This document shows positions 55,808 to 64,000 of a stretch of DNA of 64,000 nt, piece by piece. Made by a program: the position numbers and the translations under genes. Within the stretch, counting starts at the first letter, position 1, and the number at the start of each line of letters is the position of its first letter. This DNA is from Candidatus Thiodubiliella sp. (GTDB lineage Bacteria; Pseudomonadota; Gammaproteobacteria; PS1; Pseudothioglobaceae): the NCBI GenBank assembly GCA_029237605.1, contig JAQRGB010000023.1, positions 87,425 to 151,424 on the forward strand, read 5' to 3'. A model generated the notes under the pieces. That model searched no databases, was not told the origin of the DNA, and saw nothing but the letters and a program-made list of their open reading frames with translations.

Positions 55808-55871
55808 TTGTAAAACCTATTAAACAATAATTACACTATTATAGTTATATATAAAACTAAACTTAAGACAA

Positions 55872-55910
55872 AAAAATACCCCAACACTCTATAAGCACTG
55901 GGGTATTTTT
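55872..55910 (-). terminator. rho-independent terminator of the rRNA operon
   Basis: AAAAATACCCCA / TGGGGTATTTTT inverted repeat with a 15-nt loop. On the minus strand it is followed by a T-run and lies 8 nt after the 5S 3' end. Confidence 0.65.
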
Positions 55911-55917
55911 GAAATTA

Positions 55918-56037
55918 AAGCCTAGCAATGTCCTACTCTCACATGGGGAGACCCCACACTACCATCGGCGCTAAGTGGTTTCACTGCTGAGTTCGGGATG
56001 GAATCAGGTGGGGCTGATAACAACTCCTTGGCTCACA
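55918..56037 (-). rRNA. rrf: 5S rRNA (5' about 17 nt overwritten by adapter)
   Basis: Reverse complement of AAGCCTAGCAATGTCCTACTCTCACATGGGGAGACCCCACACTACCATCGGCGCT... aligns with bacterial 5S. The 5' boundary is estimated from the expected 120-nt length. Confidence 0.85.
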
Positions 56038-56062
56038 GAACGACATGGCTACGATCCGACTT
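56021..56062 (-). other. MGI/BGI DNBSEQ adapter (full 42-nt read-2 adapter, reverse complement)
   Basis: Exact match, covering the 5S 5' end and the start of the 23S-5S spacer. Confidence 0.92.
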
Positions 56063-56336
56063 ATTAAAAAGTTTTTATATCTTAGTTATCGCTAACCAAA
56101 AGATATAACAATTAATACATAAAAAGTTTGTTGCTTATCAGCGTATTGCATGACACATCAACACAAAAATTACAGATTCATCTAAATAATTTGGGTGTTA
56201 TATGGTCAAGCCTCACGATCAATTAGTACATGTTAGCTTCACGTATCACTACGCTTCCACACCATGCCTATCAACCTCGTAGTCTTCAAGGGATCTTTAG
56301 GATAGTTAAACTATCAGGGAGACCTAATCTTGGGAG

Positions 56337-56370
<34 letters not shown>

Positions 56371-56538
56371 TTTCCACACATAGCTACTCGGCAATGCGAC
56401 TGGCGTCACAACCGAAACACCAGAGGTGTGTCCGTTCCGGTCCTCTCGTACTAGGAACAGCTTCCCTCAAGTCTCCAACGCCCACGGTAGATAGGGACCG
56501 AACTGTCTCACGACGTTCTAAACCCAGCTCGCGTACCA

Positions 56539-56616
<78 letters not shown>

Positions 56617-56666
56617 ACTGCCGTCGATGTGAACTCTTGGGCAGTATCAGCCTGTTATCCCCGGCG

Positions 56667-56714
56667 AAGTCGGATCGTAGCCATGTCGTTCTGTGAGCCA
56701 AGGAGTTGACTCTC
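56667..56714 (+). other. MGI/BGI DNBSEQ adapter (42-nt read-2 adapter plus 6 nt of index)
   Basis: Exact 42-nt match plus ACTCTC. It replaces about 50 nt of conserved 23S sequence after ...CCTGTTATCCCCGG. Confidence 0.92.
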
Positions 56715-57123
56715 AAGACCTAGTTTCCTACCTGCTCGACGTGTCAGTCTCGCAGTCAAGCACCCTTTTACCTTTGCGCTCATTGCACGATGTCCGACCG
56801 TGCTGAGGGTACCTTTGTGCTCCTCCGTTACTCTTTAGGAGGAGACCGCCCCAGTCAAACTACCCACCATGCATTGTCCCCAATCCGGATAACGGACCTA
56901 GGTTAGAACCCCAACCATACCAGGGTGGTATTTCAAGGGTGGCTCCACTCAAACTAGCGTTCAAGTTTCAAAGCCTCCCACCTATCCTACACAAGTAAGA
57001 TCAGAGTTCAATGCAAAGCTGTAGTAAAGGTGCACGGGGTCTTTCCGTCTGGCCGCGGGTATACTGCATCTTAACAGCAATTTCAATTTCACTGAGTCTC
57101 GGGTGGAGACAGTGTGGCCCTCG

Positions 57124-57205
<82 letters not shown>

Positions 57206-57430
57206 TTGGGCTTCGATCAAAAGCTTCGGATAAATCCTAACCTCATCAATTAACCTTCAAGCACCGGGCAGGCGTCACACCCTATACGTCCACTTACGTG
57301 TTTGCAGAGTGCTGTGTTTTTAATAAACAGTCGGAGCCACCTGGTATCTTCAACTCTTACCAGCTTCATTTAGCAAGTAAAATTACCGGCAAGAGCACAC
57401 CTTCTCCCGAAGTTACGGTGTCATTTTGTA

Positions 57431-57472
57431 CAACTCCTTGGCTCACAGAACGACATGGCTACGATCCGACTT
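57431..57472 (-). other. MGI/BGI DNBSEQ adapter (full 42-nt read-2 adapter, reverse complement)
   Basis: Exact match between the conserved 23S strings ...GAAGTTACGGTGTCATTTTG and CTCAAGCGCC.... Here the block is about 20 nt longer than the conserved sequence it displaces. Confidence 0.92.
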
Positions 57473-57943
57473 CTCAAGCGCCTTAGAATTCTCATCTCGT
57501 CCACCTGTGTCGGTTTGGGGTACGGTTTCATATAACCTGAAGCTTAGAGGATTTTCCTGGAAGCATGGTATCACTCACTTCTCCCAAAAGAGGGATCGTC
57601 ATCACGCCTTGAATAAAGGCTACCGGATTTTCCTAATAGCCAATCTACACGCTTAAACTTGGACAACCATCGCCAAGCTGAGCTAACCTTCTCCGTCTTC
57701 CCATCGCAGTTATATGAAGTACAGGAATATTAACCTGTTCCCCATCGACTACGCATTTCTGCCTCGCCTTAGGGGCCGACTAACCCTACGCCGATTAACG
57801 TTGCGTAGGAAACCTTGGACTTCTGGCGAGGGGGTTTTTCACCCCCTTTATCGTTACTCATGTCAGCATTCGCACTTCTGATACCTCCAGCGAACCTCAC
57901 AGTTCACCTTCAACGGCTTACAGAACGCTCTCCTACCATCATA

Positions 57944-57994
57944 AAGTCGGAGGCCAAGCGGTCTTAGGAAGACAAGGTAGAGAGTCAACTCCTT
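57944..57994 (+). other. complete MGI/BGI adapter junction: read-1 adapter (32 nt) + 10-nt index GGTAGAGAGT + first 9 nt of reverse-complemented read-2 adapter
   Basis: AAGTCGGAGGCCAAGCGGTCTTAGGAAGACAA-GGTAGAGAGT-CAACTCCTT is exactly the layout of a DNBSEQ library molecule. It replaces about 50 nt of 23S. Confidence 0.95.
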
Positions 57995-58013
57995 AAATCT
58001 TCCGCGCAAACCG

Positions 58014-58048
<35 letters not shown>

Positions 58049-58049
58049 A

Positions 58050-58083
<34 letters not shown>

Positions 58084-58441
58084 GGCCTTTTCACATCGTT
58101 TCCCACTTAACTACAATTTTGGGACCTTAGCTGACGGTCTGGGTTGTTTCCCTTTCCACTACGGACGTTAGCACCCGCAGTGTGTCTGCCATACTTATAC
58201 TTTCAGGTATTCGGAGTTTGCAATGGTTTACTAAGCCTTGACGACCCGCTAGCCATAACAGTGCTCTACCCCCTGAAGTAATATATGACGCTCTACCTAA
58301 ATAGATTTCGGAGAGAACCAGCTATCTCCGGGTTTGTTTGGCCTTTCACCCCTATCCACAGCTCATCCCCTCATTTTTCAACATAAGTGGGTTCGGGCCT
58401 CCAGTTAGTTTTACCTAACCTTCACCCTGGCCATGGATAGA

Positions 58442-58472
<31 letters not shown>

Positions 58473-58650
58473 AATCGCCCATTTAAGACTCGGTTTCCCT
58501 ACGGCTCCCCTAATGGTTAACCTTGCTACTGAGAAGTAAGTCGCTGACCCATTATACAAAAGGTACGCAGTCACGGAATAAATCCGCTCCCACTGCTTGT
58601 ATGCATACGATTTCAGGTTCTATTTCACTCCCCTCCCGGGGTTCTTTTCG

Positions 58651-58684
<34 letters not shown>

Positions 58685-59366
58685 TTAGAGAGTATTTAGC
58701 CTTGGAGGGTGGTCCCCCCATATTCAAACAGCGTTTCACGTGCGCCGCCTTACTCGATTTCACATAAATTAAACTTTCCTATACGGGACTATCACCCTGT
58801 ATCATTGAACTTTCCAGAACATTCTAGTAATTTAAAATATGCTTAAGGGCTGGTCCCCGTTCGCTCGCCGCTACTAAGGGAATCTCGGTTGATTTCTTTT
58901 CCTCTAGGTACTTAGATGTTTCAGTTCCCTAGGTTTGCCTCCTTAACCTATGTATTTAGTTAAGGATAATGGTCTGATGACCACTGGGTTTTCCCATTCG
59001 GAGATCTCCGGGTTAGAGCTTATTATCAACTAACCGAAGCTTATCGCAGATTATCACGTCCTTCATCGCCTTCTAATGCCAAGGCATCCATCGTATGCAC
59101 TTATTCACTTGACCATATAACCCCAAACTATCTAAAATTACTCAAGTTAGGACGTTATACAGTTAGTATTTCACCTTGAAGTCACAAATTATGATAAATC
59201 ACAATCGGTGAATTCTTTTTATTTTATTGAGAGAAATTAATCTCTCAATAAGAATCCATATTTTTTGAAATTGTTGTGTCAATGCAATACACCAATAAAA
59301 ACTGTCATCACAACAGTCTTCACGTTGTTATATTGTATATTTACAAACTTTACTTCATGTATTAAA

Positions 59367-59378
59367 TTGTTAAAGAGC
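59367..59378 (-). promoter_or_regulatory. boxA-like antitermination element in the 16S-23S spacer
   Basis: Minus strand GCTCTTTAACAA matches 12 of 13 nt of the boxA consensus TGCTCTTTAACAA, upstream of 23S. Confidence 0.6.
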
Positions 59379-59535
59379 TCCACACTCAGAGAATGCGGTA
59401 TAAAAACTTAAATAAAACCACAAAATGGTTTTATTTAAGTTTTTAAAAAAAATGAAAATTTATATTTTACGAGACATATCTAAAAGTATTGACAAAAAAG
59501 TCAGCAACTAAAAAATAACAAAGTAAAATGGAATT

Positions 59536-59611
59536 TGGTGGAGCCAGGGAGGATCGAACTCCCGACCTCTTGCGTGCAAGGCAAGCGCTCTCCCAGCTGA
59601 GCTATGGCCCC
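59536..59611 (-). tRNA. tRNA-Ala (anticodon TGC)
   Basis: Reverse complement GGGGCCATAGCTCAGCTGGGAGAGCGCTTGCCTTGCACGCAAGAGGTCGGGAGTTCGATCCTCCCTGGCTCCACCA. The G3:U70 pair is preserved. Confidence 0.95.
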
Positions 59612-59732
59612 TTGATCGTTTATTTTTCATAACTACAGTTAATAGAACTGTAATTTTTTTTATTTTACAAAGTGAGTTATAATCTAGCTTACGAGTAACA
59701 GCTGTACACCAAACGAAGTAAAAATGAAAATT

Positions 59733-59809
<77 letters not shown>

Positions 59810-60041
59810 AAAATTACTTATTCTTTTTAAGATTTTGCAATATTTTTTTTATTCATTTAGTTGTACAGATTTTTTATCTATATTACTTATACTCATTTTA
59901 AAAATACTTTGCAAAAAAATAAAAATAACTACGTAATTAATAGTTAACTAAAAATTTAATTAATAATTAACCGCTATGCAATTTTTTTATTCTTTTTTTT
60001 ATAGTTATCAAACAACTTGTTGTGGACACTCATACTTTTCT

Positions 60042-61574
<1,533 letters not shown>

Positions 61575-61721
61575 AATCTTTGACTTTTTAGAACATTGGC
61601 AACACTTATAAATTAAGTGTGCTTTGCGTTCAATTTTTTTTAAAAGCTTAATTTTGCTTTAGTTTTTTATGTGCACTTGCACAATTTAATGTACGAGTGC
61701 CCACACAAGTTGTTTGATAAA

Positions 61722-61734
61722 TTTTTAAAGAGCA
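61722..61734 (-). promoter_or_regulatory. boxA antitermination element in the rRNA leader
   Basis: Minus strand TGCTCTTTAAAAA matches 12 of 13 nt of the boxA consensus. Lies between the promoter and the 16S 5' end. Confidence 0.6.
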
Positions 61735-61785
61735 ACTCCACGCTAGAAAACTTAATTAGCTCTTAGCACAGTGTTAAAAAAAATA

Positions 61786-61813
61786 ATTATACGCTTAATA
61801 ATTTTTACGTCAA
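61786..61813 (-). promoter_or_regulatory. putative sigma-70 rRNA operon promoter
   Basis: Minus strand TTGACG-16 nt-TATAAT, preceded by an A/T-rich UP-like tract, about 210 nt upstream of 16S. Confidence 0.55.
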
Positions 61814-61850
61814 TAACTATTTCATTTTTTTATTAAATTAATTTATAAGA

Positions 61851-62351
61851 TTATAGATTAGGCTTTAGTTTTTCTTCTGAAACAACTTGGTTAAGCCATT
61901 TATCAGCTTCGTTAATATCAACTATATCATCTTTTATATCAAACATTTTTAGATCGTTATCATTCCAACCTTTAATGCCTAATTTAAGAGAACGAACATT
62001 CTTAAATCCCATTTGTTGCATAGTTAATGCTGCAAGAGCTGAGCGGTTACCTGAACGACAAATAAGCACAATGTTCTGATTTCTAGCTTCTGCTAACTTA
62101 GGTACAGTGTCATTATAGCCCCAAACGCAAGCACCTTCAAGCACGCCACGTGCAATATGTAGAGTATCTTTAATATGCATCATTTCAAATTCCTCTTGCT
62201 CACGAATATCTAATAACATTAAATTAGAGTTTTGTTTGATTTCTTCTTCTAAATCCCAAGGCAAAATCTCATCTACAAACTTTAATGCTTTTTCTACTAA
62301 TTTTTGATAATCATCCATTTTCTTATATAAGTTTTTATTTACAACAACCAT
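61851..62351 (-). CDS. rhodanese-domain protein
   Basis: 166 aa with LLDIREQEEF and the active-site loop CRSGNRS. Confidence 0.8.
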   Translation of the reverse strand: MVVVNKNLYKKMDDYQKLVEKALKFVDEILPWDLEEEIKQNSNLMLLDIREQEEFEMMHIKDTLHIARGVLEGACVWGYNDTVPKLAEARNQNIVLICRSGNRSALAALTMQQMGFKNVRSLKLGIKGWNDNDLKMFDIKDDIVDINEADKWLNQVVSEEKLKPNL

Positions 62352-62964
62352 TTTCAGTCACCATCACTGCAACCTCAACCCTTGAAGAAAGTAATAATTT
62401 TTTTAAAATTGATTTCACATGTAACTTAACCGTACCATCTGAAATACCTAACTCTTTAGCGATAACCTTGTTACTATGTCCACTAGATATTTGACAAGCT
62501 ACTTCTTTTTCTCGTTTAGTGAGTAATTCAAAAGAAGACTTGCTATTTGTTAATTCATTTTTCAACACTTTTACTAATACATGTGTCATGTCTTTCGTGA
62601 CAATAATCGATCCTGTTGCCACTTCATTTAACGAATCCACTAATTCATCTGGATCCATGTCCTTTAATAAGTAACCTTGAGCGCCATATTTTAGACAATC
62701 ACGCAAGTCATTATCATCGGTACTAGTAGTTAATATCACCACTGGTGTTTGTTCGTTGCTCTCCTTTAGAGCTTTCAACACTTCAAGCCCAGACATACTT
62801 GGCATACGCAAATCCAACAAAATAATATCTATTAATAAATTGGGTATTTCTTCCAAACCTTGCTCAGGTGAAGATGCCGCCTTAGCGCTTATATTTCTAG
62901 AACTTAATAATGAGACAAGTCCGTTACGAAACAAGGCGTGATCATCAATAATATAAACTTTCAT
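62335..62964 (-). CDS. NarL/FixJ-family response regulator (REC + LuxR-type HTH)
   Basis: 209 aa with IIDDH, DLRMPSMSG, and HTH LTKREKEVACQISSGHSNKVIAKELGISDGTVKLHVKSILKKL. Confidence 0.88.
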   Translation of the reverse strand: MKVYIIDDHALFRNGLVSLLSSRNISAKAASSPEQGLEEIPNLLIDIILLDLRMPSMSGLEVLKALKESNEQTPVVILTTSTDDNDLRDCLKYGAQGYLLKDMDPDELVDSLNEVATGSIIVTKDMTHVLVKVLKNELTNSKSSFELLTKREKEVACQISSGHSNKVIAKELGISDGTVKLHVKSILKKLLLSSRVEVAVMVTENGCCK

Positions 62965-63130
62965 CTAAACACCTTTAACAATCTAAAACACTTAGTAGAA
63001 AGATGTATTTTTCTTTAGAGTGTATTTTAAAAAATTATTCATATCAATGAATTATAGATGATTTTTTAATTTATTATAAGACAGAAAGTCGTTTTTTGAT
63101 AAATGTTTTTAACTGTTATAATTATTCATT

Positions 63131-64000
63131 TTACCGAAAAGTAACAATCACTCGTGTGCCTTCATCAACTTCTGATTCAATATCAATCTTAGCGCCAATT
63201 CTACTCGCACGTTCTTTCATAATATTTATACCGATATTATTCCCAGTTACTTCGATATTAAGCATGTTTTTTTAAATCCTATACCATCATCTTCGATTAA
63301 CAACTGGAATTGTGGATCAGTAGAAAATAAAATTCGTACATTACGCGCTTTAGCATGTTTGCGGATATTAGACAAGGCCTCTTGAGTAATGCGCATAATC
63401 TGCATTTCTATTTCTGGAGCAAGATCAAACTTGCTTTCTATTTGTAAATAAGTTGCAATATTTTCTTCTGATTTAAAGCTATTAACTAAATTTTTAAGTG
63501 AGGCTTTTATACCTCTAGGATCTAACGGTACACGAAAATTGCACATTAATTCTCTGAGTTCTTGATTGGCTTGTGTAATATTTAACTGCAAACTAGCAAC
63601 CTTTTCACTTGCATCAATTTTGTCATCTCTTTTTAACATATCTCTCAGAACAGTCGCTTGTAGCTTTAAACTGTAAATAGTTTGCGCTAAAGAATCATGA
63701 ATTTCTTGCGACAAGAATAAACTCTCTTGCGAAAGATCTCTACGCTTAGTTTCTTCATCAAGCCTTGCCTTATCAAGTGCAATCGCAATATTATCAGCAA
63801 TGGATTTAAGTAATGCACGCTCGTCAAAAGCGAGTGATGGCTCAGAGTTAAAAAATAAATTAAATATACCTAAGGTTTTTCCGTGGTATCTTAGAGGGAT
63901 AAAAATCGTACCAACACTTGCTTTGATTTCAGATTTTTCACCCACGCACTTCTGACAAGTATGCACACTAAACTGTACGTAATTATCTCGTTCCATCGCT
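63131..64000 (-). CDS. HisKA_3-type sensor histidine kinase, C-terminal part (runs off right edge; 1-nt homopolymer frameshift)
   Basis: GAF-like segment, H-box EIHDSLAQT, N-box ALSNIRKHA, EDDGIGF. The ATP-lid end (NIGINIMKERASRIGAKIDIESEVDEGTRVIVTFR*) continues in another frame after the T7 run at 63267..63273. Confidence 0.8.

Overview
AT-rich gammaproteobacterial chromosome segment. Gene content fits a SUP05/Thioglobaceae-type sulfur-oxidising chemoautotroph, free-living or bivalve endosymbiont; this is inferred from gene content only, with no search run. Order along the window: queA(5' end), rnfABCDG, tauE-like, glmM-folP-ftsH, lptE-holA-proA-tyrS, tmRNA, lpxC-ftsA-dusA, a small glycosyltransferase cassette, peroxiredoxin, cysS, yrfG-like, PPi-PFK/adk/orf/H+-PPase, slyD-like, sat-aprMBA, lptC/lptA, thiE, an AddA-like helicase-nuclease with an upstream ATPase, argS, a decayed reverse transcriptase plus RelE remnant, polA, znuC, one complete rrs-tRNAIle-tRNAAla-rrl-rrf operon, and a rhodanese/NarL-type regulator/histidine kinase operon. 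The most striking apparently novel signal is an 18-51 nt block present 18 times in both orientations. It lies inside ftsH (x2), glmM, ftsA, rnfB, rnfA, cysS, znuC, at the argS 5' end, inside 23S rRNA (x3) and inside 5S rRNA. I do not think it is biological. Base for base it is the MGI/BGI DNBSEQ library adapter pair (AAGTCGGAGGCCAAGCGGTCTTAGGAAGACAA and AAGTCGGATCGTAGCCATGTCGTTCTGTGAGCCAAGGAGTTG), and one site preserves the full adapter-index-adapter junction. Most apparent pseudogenisation of essential genes here is therefore assembly or gap-filling contamination, aggravated by at least four 1-nt-short poly(A) runs. Items that look like real biology and deserve a second look: (1) ftsA abuts lpxC with no ftsZ or ftsQ; (2) a 359-bp near-identical direct repeat starts next to ssrA and brackets 7.1 kb; (3) a 17.75-copy octanucleotide repeat lies upstream of LOS-type glycosyltransferase genes; (4) decayed defence-like genes (Abi/UG-type RT, RelE fragment, ATPase fused to a DUF4276-like tail, helicase-nuclease, an orphan PD-(D/E)XK protein); (5) a pfp-adk-orf-hppA pyrophosphate cluster; (6) rnfE is missing from its canonical position. 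I see no convincing intact, previously undescribed system in this window.
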